NCBI GenBank assembly: GCA_965153285.1
Contig: OZ229111.1
Reading direction: 5' to 3' (one strand)
Origin: Podarcis tiliguerta
Taxonomy: Eukaryota
DNA: 64,000 bases
In this document: positions 22,801 through 34,800 of the stretch, in pieces
Layout of the letters: every line of letters starts with the position of its first letter
How positions within the stretch are numbered: the stretch's first letter is position 1
Notes under the pieces: model-generated
Seen by the model: the letters and a program-made list of their open reading frames with translations, nothing else
Told to the model about the DNA's origin: nothing
Databases searched by the model: none
Translations under genes and position numbers: made by a program

Positions 22801-25800
22801 GCCGCAGCACCATTCACCATCTTCCCTGCTGGACCCACCAATATTTTTCAGCAGTACACAGTGTTTCTGCTTTTAAATAGGAGCCAAGCTTACCTTTCAC
22901 CCTCAGTGGTCACCTGCCATTTTGAAGTTACTCAGAGTATATTGTCTTGCCTTACTGATTTTGTAGGTCTATAGGTAGGATTGGGCCATGACCTGATTGG
23001 AAGTAGACATAGTGAGGGCTCATTGTTGGCACTATGCCAAGGGCTTTCTGGCTTCAGCCTTGGAGGCAACTATTGGTCTAATGTAGTAGTACTGCTGTTA
23101 CAGCAAAATCTTTAGAGCCAAAACTTAATCTTACCTAGTTGAAGATCCTTGGAGGTTTTTAAGCAGATGTTGGATGGCCATCTGTCATGTAAGCTCTAGT
23201 TGAGATTTCTGCATTGCAGGGTGTTGGACTGGATGTCCCTCAGGATCCCTACACAGCTCTTTTTTTGGGGGGGGGGGATGTCACCCTTTCAGTGCCCAAA
23301 GTGAGATCCACTTAAGACATTAATTCTTGCTTCATCAAAAGACCCAGGAGGAAAGCCACTTAGACTGCAATCTTATACACATGTACCTGTCAGTAAATCC
23401 TATTGATCTTAATTAGACTTACTTCCTAGTTGTCATGTGTACAGTTGCACAGTTAGAAACAAGTTAAACTGGCTTGTGGTATTTTAAAAAGAGGGTTAAG
23501 TAGAATAAATAATGCAGGCATAATAAAGCAAGCAAATAGCTTTTAAGCTTAAACGTTATCAAAGTAGGATTTTAGTATTAAAGCCCAATATAAAGGAGCA
23601 GCTGGTTGTTTTTGAAAGGTTTTATATGCTGTAATTCTGAAATTATGTCTTTCTGCAATTAGATTAGCCGAATAGAATACATTCATTCGAAGAACTTCAT
23701 CCACCGAGATGTAAAGCCTGACAACTTCCTGATGGGATTAGGCAAGAAGGGCAATCTTGTCTACATCATAGATTTTGGGCTGGCCAAGAAATATCGGGAT
23801 GCTCGAACGCACCAGCACATTCCATATCGTGAAAATAAAAATTTAACAGGAACCGCCCGCTATGCCTCTATCAACACTCATCTTGGAATTGGTGAGCTGG
23901 TAGCAGATTATTTTGGTTATTGTTGTAGGAATGTTCATGCAATAAGACATCTGGATAAAATAAATTGTTCTGGCTACCATTGAAAAAAGGGGGCTTTGAT
24001 CTGGGAGTGAGCCCTGTTGAATCCAGTAGGACTTATTTCTGAATAGATGTTGTTAGGATTGCGCTGTATGTGCATCAGTGAAACAAATCAAATGGTCATG
24101 CTCTCTAATGCATGTGACAGCCTCAAACAAGATGTTGGGAGTGTTTCATCCAATAAACTTCCATTGGGATAGCTTGGTAGATTTTTTCTTGGGGTCAGAC
24201 TACCATATATGGGATCGAGAAGAAATTTCCCTTCAGGTCAAGCTTGTAAAAGTTATCTCAGGATTTGTTTTGTTTCTGTTTGCCTCCACTTGCATGCAGA
24301 CATAAAACTTGCCTTGCTAGAAGCTGTTTCCAATGGCACAACAACAAAGAACTTTACCATAAAGAAGATTATAGTCCTGAGAGATATGGGTTGGAGAACA
24401 CTGTGTCTTTCACTGCAGCCTGTGTCAAGAAATTGTGGCTAAGCTTGCAACTTGGCTCAGTGGTGTGAATCATCGTTAGCAGCTTTCTGCAGTATGTCTG
24501 TTCTTGGCACTGTGGCTTGAATTTCCTTGGTTGATTGCAGGGCTCCACAGATGTCTTTGCACCCCTCCCCAGAGTTCTCCGTGAATTTCAGGGGGTGCTT
24601 GGGGAGAGGTCTCCTCACACTAGCATGGTAGGAGCAGCATTCAGAGACTGTAAAAGATTCAAGCAAAATGAAATAAGATCCACCTTCTCTCCTCAGTTCA
24701 GAGGATTTGGGGCAGGAAGGAGCCAGAAGCAACTAAATCATGGTTGCCTTTACGCTCAAAGCTGTAAAACCCTGGTTGATCGGCAAGTGTTGTGGGTGAA
24801 TGATTCTGTATTTCTGTTGTGGTATGGACCTATATGGCCATTTGAGCAGTTTCCAGTATGGGATTCTTTAGGAATAATTGTTGGATAATTGCAAGAGTAA
24901 ACCATTTTTCATACTGATTTTATTGGCAAGGTTGAAATTAACTATTTAACAGTGTTTTTCTTGCAGGTAAGATCTTTGTTGTGTAATTTTTGCTTTAAGC
25001 ATATTTGAACCATTTCACCAGATGATAGAACCTAATGGCTCCACTCTTCTACTCCTTGTAGAACAATCTCGCAGAGATGACTTGGAGTCCTTGGGCTATG
25101 TACTCATGTATTTTAACCTGGGCTCCCTCCCCTGGCAGGGATTGAAGGCAGCTACAAAAAGACAGAAATATGAACGCATCAGTGAAAAGAAAATGTCCAC
25201 ACCCATTGAGGTTTTGTGTAAAGGATACCCTTGTAAGTTTATTCTCTGAAATAGATGTCTTCAGTATTGATTTCAAAGCTAACTGTTCAGTGAAACTTAC
25301 ATTAACTTGATGTTACATTTTCTGTTACCTCTCTATCTTAGAAATTATTCTAGCTCTTATTTGTATGTACTAACGCTTTCTTGTTATTTGGTTAAAATTT
25401 CATTTAATGGTTAAATGAAGGTATGTTGTTTGGCTGCTTTGTAAACAACTTCAAACCCCCCCCCCCTTTTTTGTGCTCCCCTCTTTCCAAGGTGCTGCTT
25501 ATGTATGGATTTTTCTCTGTCTACGCTGTTTGGTATTCAATGAGCAGCTTACCATGATGAACAAATGAGTTACATGTTCAGTCAGCACATGTTCAGTCAC
25601 AGTGCATAAGTTACCAGTCGTTGCTTTAAAAAGAAATATCTCTCTCTCTGTTTTGTTTGTTTTATTGCATTTATGAATTACAGTGGTGCCTCGCAAGACG
25701 AAAAGAATCCGTTCCGCGAGTCTTTTCGTCTTGCGGTTTTTTCGTCTTGCGAAGCAAGCCCATTAGCGGAGTAGCGCTATTAGCGCTATTGGCAGTTTAA

Positions 25801-28800
25801 GGGCTAAAAACGGCTTTTTAAGGCTTAAGGGATTAGCGGTTTTGCTGCTAAAATGCTTTTAGCAGCTTAGCGCTTCAGAAAAAGGGGTTTTGGGGCGGAA
25901 AAAAAACCTCAATTTTTTTTGTCAATTTTCGTCTTGCAAAGCAAGCCCATAGGGAAATTCGTCTTGCGAAGCGCCTCTGCAAACGGAAAACCCTTTCGTC
26001 TTGCGGGTTTTCCGTCTTGCGAGGCATTCGTCTTGCGGGGCACCACTGTACAGTTATATTGTACTTTTCCTCCAAGGAACTCGGTGGCATACATGATTGT
26101 GACCTTTTTATCCTCACAGCAACCTTGTGAGACATCTTTGACTGAGAGACAGTGACTGGCCCAAAGTCACACAGCTTCATAGCTTGAGTGGGGATTTTAA
26201 CCCTGATCTGCCAGATCCTAGTTCAGCAACCTGCTAACTTTTGTACCATACTTAATCTTTCTATTGTTTATACCACTGTGGACTAGAATAGGGCTCTCTA
26301 CACTCCTCTGCAGGTTGCCTCTGCCATTGTAGCCTAGTAATTTCCCTGACAGTCATGAAGGATTGTGCTGCATGTGAAAAAAAGCATATCACTTCCTGAT
26401 TACATATGGGAAAAGCAGTTCACGGTTCTGTCACCTTGGTTACTATGAGAAGCATTGAGCCAATACTTTGGAAAGCAGATGAGCTGATGAATCTGTGCTG
26501 GATATTGTTGTTTGCACTGACTTTACGATAACATCATCAGGATTTCTCATTTCTTTTTAGCTGAATTTGCTACATACCTGAATTTTTGCCGCTCGTTGCG
26601 TTTTGATGACAAACCGGATTATTCATATCTAAGGCAATTATTCAGAAACCTCTTCCACAGACAAGGCTTCTCCTATGACTATGTATTTGACTGGAACATG
26701 CTGAAATTTGTAAGTAGTCAGTACTTGCTAACTTAATTTTTTTTTAATTGTGGAAAACAGAGTGAGAGCTTGATATCTGACATTAAGAGCTGGAGGTGAA
26801 ATAATATATTTCACAGTGCTTGTTCATGTTTGTAGCAAATGGCAGTTTGGTGTGAACTGTTACAAGCAATGAAACTGAAACCAATTTTAGCTTTATAACA
26901 GGACTAGTGGTTAAAGTATCAAACTGCAAATCTGTGAGCACTCACCTGGGAGTAAGCTACATTGAAACAGGGCGATTTGCTTTGTAGTAAACAGGCTTGG
27001 GATGCCTCTGTAAATCCTTGAAGACTGGGGATCTATATATATGAGTGGCAGCTAGCAATGTATCCAATTGTAAATAATCAAAGCTGATGATCTGATGTTG
27101 TCTCATTCCTTGCCTAGCTGTAAGAGGTTGTACACATTTACCATAATCACTCTGGGGGACCAAATGCGTTCTCTGGGTGTTGTCTTCAGCTATTTTATAA
27201 TTTGTAATGACCAGAAGGTATGGAAGCTGTAAGATGACTGTAGAATGACATTAAAATTTATGATATAACTGCATTACTTTGGTGGTCAGCTTGCGGTCAC
27301 TTACCTTGTAGCAAAAACTTGGAAGCTTTGGAAGGCTTTGTAATTAGCAACCGTACTTCCAAAGATAGAAGTCACATACGCAAAGAGAAGACATAAATTT
27401 GTACTGCATTTGCAGGCTTTCAGTACTCACATTTTGTTTAGATTTTTTGATTAGCGAGAGATCCTATTTTAAAACAGAAAAAAGCCTGACATTCTGTATT
27501 TACAGCAAGACAGACGAGAAAGAATAAATATTGTATGCTTGTGACAGTGGCTCTAGTTGGATTCCCAAAGTGTTTCTTGTTTCTTCCAAAAGCAAAAACC
27601 TTGCTACCTTTTCTAGTTTTTATTAACAAAACACTATTTGGATGTTGGGTCTGTATATCTATGTGTAGGTGCATTCATTGTTAGAGAAATCAATAAGTTT
27701 GGTTGGGGATTTAGGATTAAAACAGGATGGACTCTGACCTGGTTGAGAAGCAGCATACAGAAAAAATGGTAAAGCTCACCGCTTAGCTACTAGAACAAGC
27801 ATTTGCAATGTTTTGCTTTCACATGTAACCACAAGCTGCCTAGAACAGGGAAGTATTGCTACGCAGGGTAAACAGTTTATTTTAGAAAAATTTGAAACAT
27901 GTTGAAACTTTTGCTTGTACCCTCCATTTAATTTTAAGGAAGTGAACCCTGTACTTCACGTGACTATGCATAAAAATCTTTTGAAGTCTACGTATCGGTA
28001 GAGGACTCTCTGACTCTCATGGGGTCAGAGACCACTCTCTCAGGTACTTGAATAAAGAGCTAAGGTGAATCTCTCCATGGTTTCTGATTTACACACACAT
28101 ATATGATTAAAATAAAATTAACTATGTTTTTTAAATATAAAGAACTCAGTGTGTATGAGATGTTGCACAATAATTGGCATATGCATTTCATACTCCTGAG
28201 ATTCAATATACCATTCTTTGTGACTTGCATCCATCTTTCGTCCTTCCCTAATAGACTTTGTCTATTGAATATCTGTATCTCAGTGTTAGTCATTCTTTCT
28301 TCTGCAAATGTGATACAAGTTGATGTCACACCATTCTGTTCCGTCTGGAGCATGGTTACATTACAGACCAAAAGAAAAAAAAACTGCCTTTGGATCAGTT
28401 CAGTACATTTTAGGTTTGCCAAGGCATTTTGATCCCTGAAAATCCACTCTGAGGCAGAAGCCTTGCTAGAAGGCCATGTGGTGTGACTTCTACACCAGTT
28501 CTTGGAACCAAAGCTGGTCTATATCGATCTGTTATACTCATGTGCAGTCACATTTCTTCATGATAATGAAGAAATATTTTGTACATCATTCACACCATAG
28601 ATCATAGGGGTATCTTTTCAGTGAGATAGTTCATCATCAGGTAATTACTTTATTCTGTTAAGAATTCCCTATTCTGCCTGCCTTTTTTCAGTCTGCAAAA
28701 GTGTGCCTAACCCCCTCTCAAAAGCCTGGGCAAAGAGCTGTGTCTTCACTTGTCGACCCAGCAGATAATATTGGTGCAATATGTGTGTCAGCAGGGAGGA

Positions 28801-31800
28801 AGTCATCCCATAGGTGAGGAGCCACCACCAAGAAGGTCTTGTGCACCACAACCACCTAACCTTCACTTGGTGATGGAAGCACAAATGCGACCTCCGCTAC
28901 AGATGTTAATGACCTGGTAGGCTGATAGAGAAGGAAGTGTTGCTTCAGGTATTTGGCCTCCAGGTCCCTTGGGGCTTTAGATGTGGCAGCAAAGCACCCT
29001 AAACTGGCCTTCAGAATAATTTGTTAGCTGCTTAGGACCAGTGTTATGAAGTCTCCCATAATCCATTTTTTTTCTGAACCATTGATTTCCAGTCCAGTTT
29101 CACACTTTCTGTTTCAGCTGTTGCATTTCCCTCTCTAATTCTATTGTAACATTAGTAAATATTATGCAGACATCAGGAAAAGGCAAAACGTGTTAGGTGA
29201 TAACTTGCTGGTGTTCATTCCACACTTGGTTTTGTTTTTTATTTAACAGTGACTTCAGAACTACAACACATGGGTTTCAGGGAAATTGTTGCTTTGCTTC
29301 ACACCTTTTGCGAATAAGAATGCAACATGGATAGTGATCTCCGTAGTACGGTGTTTGTTTGTTTGATCAAGCAAATTGTTAAGCATTTTTTATATATGGA
29401 GATTGTGCAGTACATCGAGGATAGCATTGGATTCAGTGGAGCTAAAATACTTTCTTCCAGCTGACAAAGCCAAGAATATAAGAAGTGTAATTTTCTCACA
29501 GTAACCAACTTTAAGCACAACAACACTCTCCCCAGCACCTGATATTCAGATGTATGCACTTCCAATACTGGAGGTATCTGCCAAGTAAACCAGCATCTGA
29601 TATTTCTCCTCTCTACTTTGGGTAGCTACCAGGCTGAATATTTGTGGCTGATTTCCAAGAATCATCAACATAAATCCCCTTATTCTTTGCTGCTGTAGAA
29701 GAAGAAAGACGTCAGGACTGCCTTTCTTTAAAAATATTGTCCAATGCTACCACTGTTCTTTTGTTTTTAGGGTAGTCATAAAAGTGTTGTGCAGCAGCTT
29801 TGAACAAATGTATTTTCCAACTATGAGCTATTTTGGCCAAATACTATAGGTACCCGGGTGTTTTCTTTGTATCTTGTTAGCAATTGCAAGTTCCACATCC
29901 TCTGGCATCATGGATTTGTTCCATGTCTGCTCTTAGTAGGTAATATTTTATGAAATTGTGGCAAATAAGAATTTTTTATATATATAAAAAACTAAATCCT
30001 GTTAAAAATTAAAAAAATATTGTGATCACAATTCATTTCCCTTTTTAAAAATAGGTACAGGGCTGAGAGAATAACCTGCTACCTTCTGAGTCTATGTCTG
30101 ATTTGGACCCAGAGTCTGCTTTTCCTTCTTACTGTCTTTTGGTGGTCCAGATAAGCTCAGCAGTGTAGCATTGACACTGCAACTACTCTCAACACTGAAT
30201 ACAGGTTTTTAACTAATTGATTCCAAATGTTGGTATAATGCCAAATTACATGTTCTTGCAGGGTGCAAGCCGTGCAGTCGAAGATGCTGAGCGTGAACGA
30301 AGAGAGAGAGAAGAAAGACTGAGACACACACGAAATCCTGCAGTTCGTGGCTTACCTTCCACTGCCTCTGGCAGGCTGAGGGGGACACAAGATGTAGCTC
30401 CACCAACCCCTCTTACCCCAACTTCACATACAGGTAAGCCAAAGAATGCTTTGAGGTGGGCTTCCTTCTAGTTAATCACTTCCTCTTGCGCCACAGCTTA
30501 CTCCATTCAACACCTCAAGGCTTTTAGGGGGGCGGGGGGTAGGAAATTCTTCTTACTCTAGCCCGTTTTGGCATGCTTATCTTTGAATCCTACCCTCAAC
30601 ATTTAAGAACAGTATTTTATAACATTAATTTCTTGACTTACAAGCCTCTCCCTAGTTAGACTTCAAAGGGGACTGAGTGCCTTGTGGGTTTAATAGTTCT
30701 GACATCATGAAGGTGCTTATAAAGTGATGCCTCTGTCGGCTTCCCTTTATTGCAATAGTTCATTTTGTCTAGTAAATACAGGCACAAAATTAAGTTTTAC
30801 TTTTTATTTTGGTCAGCAAACACATCTCCTCGGCCAGTGTCTGGAATGGAGAGAGAACGGAAAGTGAGTATGCGATTGCATCGTGGGGCCCCTGTCAATA
30901 TCTCCTCGTCTGATTTAACAGGCCGACAAGATACCTCACGCATGTCAACCTCACAGGTACAAAACAGTTCTGATTTTTTTTATGGGGAAAAGACTAGGAG
31001 CTCAGTAATGTCCTTTGACAAGATCAGAGTAAAAATATTCTTTGAGTAGGATAGATTGTCTCACAATTATGTTTAGACATGCCATTCTCTTGGTTGATCT
31101 GAATTAGCTGAAGAACCGCTACTTGTGAAGTACTTAGCTTTCTGACCTTGAAGTTTAAGTGTGAAGGAGGGTGTTGTATAGGTTATTAAAATTGAGGGCT
31201 GGGTACCTCCCTTGTTTAATGCCTTTTTGGATATTTGTGTATTTGCAGGATACAGACTTTTAACAGCCATGGAAATATCAGTGACTTTTACTATACTATG
31301 TGAATCATCAACTGACTTAAATGTCATGTTTTCTTCTAACCACTGCAGATCTCAGAAGCCTTGTGCAAATGAATCAAAGCTATTACTTGTTACATTTCAT
31401 GCCGAAGAAGGATCAATAAGTGCTCTCCTTTTATCCTTAGTACAGACTCAATTTGTCCAATATTACACATGGGCAATGTAAATTGTAGCCTTAGTCATCA
31501 GTCCTTTGTTCTGTAGTGTCTAGTTGCAAAGTTGCACCCATTTGGCAATTTTGACATGGCTTGAGCTGTATTTTCAAATAAATTGCCATTTATGGAAAAT
31601 AGCTACCAGCTTCTGTCTGGTATAAGTGACCATCTGTAATCATATCCGGTATAAGAGGAGTGTGCTTAAAGCTACTGTAGCACTGAAATTGTTATGCCTG
31701 TGAAATACGAGGTTGAAAGAGGAATGATCTGTCTTGCATTCTTTGTATTACTTTGTTAGGTGATGGTACTATTCATACTACTTTGATTTTCTTTTCTTGT

Positions 31801-34800
31801 AGAATTTACTAAAGCTAGAAGTAAAAAATGATTTCCAAATTAGCCCTGGGCATGCATCCTTGTTGAAAGTATGGAGCTAAACTAGACTAGTTGTTGTGAA
31901 TGAGTCTGTACCTGACTGCAGTAAGCAACCTTCTTGACCATGGGACAGCTAATTGCAGATTGTAACATTTTGCCTACAGCATGCATTACTGGTTTATTTT
32001 AATAACCTGTGGCATATGTTCAGAATATTTCAGTTGAATTACAGCACGGCTCACATAACAGGCTGTAAGTGTAAATTAATGTTGTATAAAAGGAAGAGTA
32101 TTTTTGGAAGATAAATGCATATCCTGCATGGTTGTGCAGTGGAATGACAATTGACTCCATTTTGTTGGTCTTTTTTTGTTTGTTTCCAAACAGAAGGAAA
32201 ATGTTTGGTGCCTGAAGAGAGTATATTCACTAACATTTGCAGCTTGAAACATTCCAGTTTCTTATTCCATTGTAGATTCCCTCACAATATGTGTGACACA
32301 CAACCAAAAAAGGCTTGGATTTCATGCAAGTCCTACAGTACTTTACAAAATGAAGCTTTGTCTCATGAAAGCCACAGCAGGGGACTCTAGGCTTTCTCAT
32401 TCCAAAACAGTAGCTAAAAAACCAGTTGTGAATTTCTGAATAGTGATATTGTTCAGGTTTGATTCTAAGAGAAGGGTGTATGTGTGAGAACCAGAGAACA
32501 CACTAAAATTTTGGGAAGGCCAGATCAGGAGAAGAGCCATTTGAAGGCATTGGCAAATTGATCTTTGACTTTGTGTCAGTTGAAGAAATGCTAAAGGAGC
32601 AAAAGGTTCCAAAGCTGAACAGGACATAAATGTGGATGTTGCAGTTGGTGTTTAGAGCACCAAGCATCAAAACTCAAACAGTCACAAATGTTAGACAAAG
32701 GCAGCAGATGACACAGGAGCTTTTAGTAGCTTTAAAAATAGAAAACTCTCAAACCAGTGGTGCCTGTTTGTTGGAAAGATAATTGAGGGTTAAAACTTTT
32801 TTCGTAAAAAGTATAAAGGAGGAAATGTGTTGATTATGGTTAGTTTGGATTAACTGTTGCAGTAAGAAAAAAGAGAGATTGATTGTTTTACATCATGGCT
32901 ATAGTGAGTTCCATTGGCCACATTGGGACTTGGTTTTTGAGTAAAGATGCATAGAATTGTTCTTTGTTTACTTCAGAAAAGTAAATAAAACTTCTGGTCT
33001 TTTTGCTGTTGTTATATCAAAACCATCATAAACTTTTGTCTGTGACCAGTAGTTACTGCTAAAGGTATGTAGTTTGACTCTAGTTCAGAACCATCACAAT
33101 TCCTCAAATGCTAAATAGTATCTGATACAAAGAGCAAAAACCTTTTGGGAAGAAAGTCTTTAATGCAGAATAATAGGGAATTTCAAGTTTCAACTCCATA
33201 GGAGCACAAATTTTGTCACCCATCACTAGTGTTTGCAATAAAGTGATTAAAGTTTATTATACTATATACCGAGGCTTCAAAATCAAAGATCCAGTCCTTA
33301 AACAACACAAGTAAGATTTTCTGGAAGCCCAGAGTCTGTACCTAATAGGCATTCTTTGTCATACTGATTATAAATACATTCTTAATGCCATACTTTTGCT
33401 TGATTTGAATGCTATCTCCAGTCTTAGGCAAAACAGATGGCAGCTTTTTGAACAAGTCTCTAAATCTCTTTTTCCTCTTGTTAATATCCAATAAATGTCT
33501 ACTCCAGGACATGAGTAAGAGGTGTATAAAGCATATTTCCCCCTTCATTCAATATACACTGGCCAGATTCACAGTGGATAAGATCTCCTTGATCCCTACT
33601 CTAAGATCCTGACATTGCATGCTGGGATGGAGCTGGGGAAGATGTTTTTCTCTAGGATTTAAATGAGTGTGTCCTGTGGGTGTATTGCAGACTTGATAAT
33701 TTTGAAGAAGAAAAAATAAACCTTTTGGAGTTTTGAGACTATCTCTTTTATCTTCCATCTGTAAAGCCAAGCTCCAGCAGACCTCGAAGGAAGAGGAAGA
33801 AAGTGCGTATTTTAACAACTTAAATGACCTGGAATAAAGCACTTTTAGACTCTGAGGTGTAGTTGCTTGCTTTCCTTTACATCAGGGCCATTGAAAAGCA
33901 GAATGAATTGCATCTAATACCTGCAAATCTTGTTGGATTTGATAATTGAACTTAGAAGGCAGTAAACGTCCAATAAGTCTTGTCTAGATCAGTGTGTCTC
34001 TTTCCTAGCTCTCTTGTTTGTGATGATGGTTTGCATTGCACATATAATTGGTCATTTTCATCTGAAATGACTACCTTATAAAAAATGGGTGTGGAGCTGT
34101 GAAGATTGCCTTGGCTGTGTTAAGTGAGTAAAAAGTAGTTTGAAATATTTCTGTACCGCTCCAGCAGAGATCCTAGGACCAATTACAAAAAATGTGTCAA
34201 TAGACCGACCCTCCACCCCCTTCAAATCATTCATGAGTGTGTAATCGTTCTACCAGCTCATGAATTTAGTGCAGTTTGATTACTTTTTTTTGTTTACTTG
34301 TTTAAAGTAAAATAGTTTATTTAAAAGCTTAACAACTGGTTCAGAAACATACTTTAAACATATTCACAGTATTTCAGGATGAGACGGACCTCGTTCCAAA
34401 AACACCTGACAGGTTATGAGCCAAACAAGACTAAAACTTCAGTTGGTTCATCTTGTAAATATAAATATCTTGGAAACCTGGCTCATTAAATGTTGAGAAT
34501 CCCAAAAGTGAAAATCCAAGTAGATAAATTCCAAACTGATGAAGGTAAATTCCCTTCTACTAGCTGTAGCCCTCTCCAGCTGCTTTGCTGCCTTTGCCCT
34601 TCCTTGTACTTAACTGGACAACGGGGTGCTACTTCTCCATATATGTAAGAAGTAGTTGTGGGTTAAACAGTGGAATTCAAGCCAAAAAGGATCCACTCCC
34701 AATTTCTTGTAGTAGATCATGTTAACTTCCACTGACTATAAAAACTTGGGAGTCTGATGGCACTGATGTTCCTTGGTATATGATCCTTGTCTGCTACAAA

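Noticed and set aside
9520-26048. Recurring GCAAGACGA units resembling a CRISPR array
   Set aside because: Irregular spacing, both orientations, bounded by TIRs and TA; these are MITEs in a vertebrate genome.
26484-26564. Possible C/D box snoRNA (TGATGA...CTGA)
   Set aside because: The internal CTGA gives too short an RNA and the next CTGA is inside exon 6; no terminal stem in the right place.
30957-31049. Exon 8 read-through tail [30 protein letters not shown]
   Set aside because: Ordinary-length intronic read-through, no nearby canonical poly(A) signal, no similarity to known tails.
32226-32296. CACTAAC plus acceptor giving IPSQYV*, superficially like the delta1 start
   Set aside because: Two intervening AGs lie between the branch motif and this AG; similarity is only two residues.
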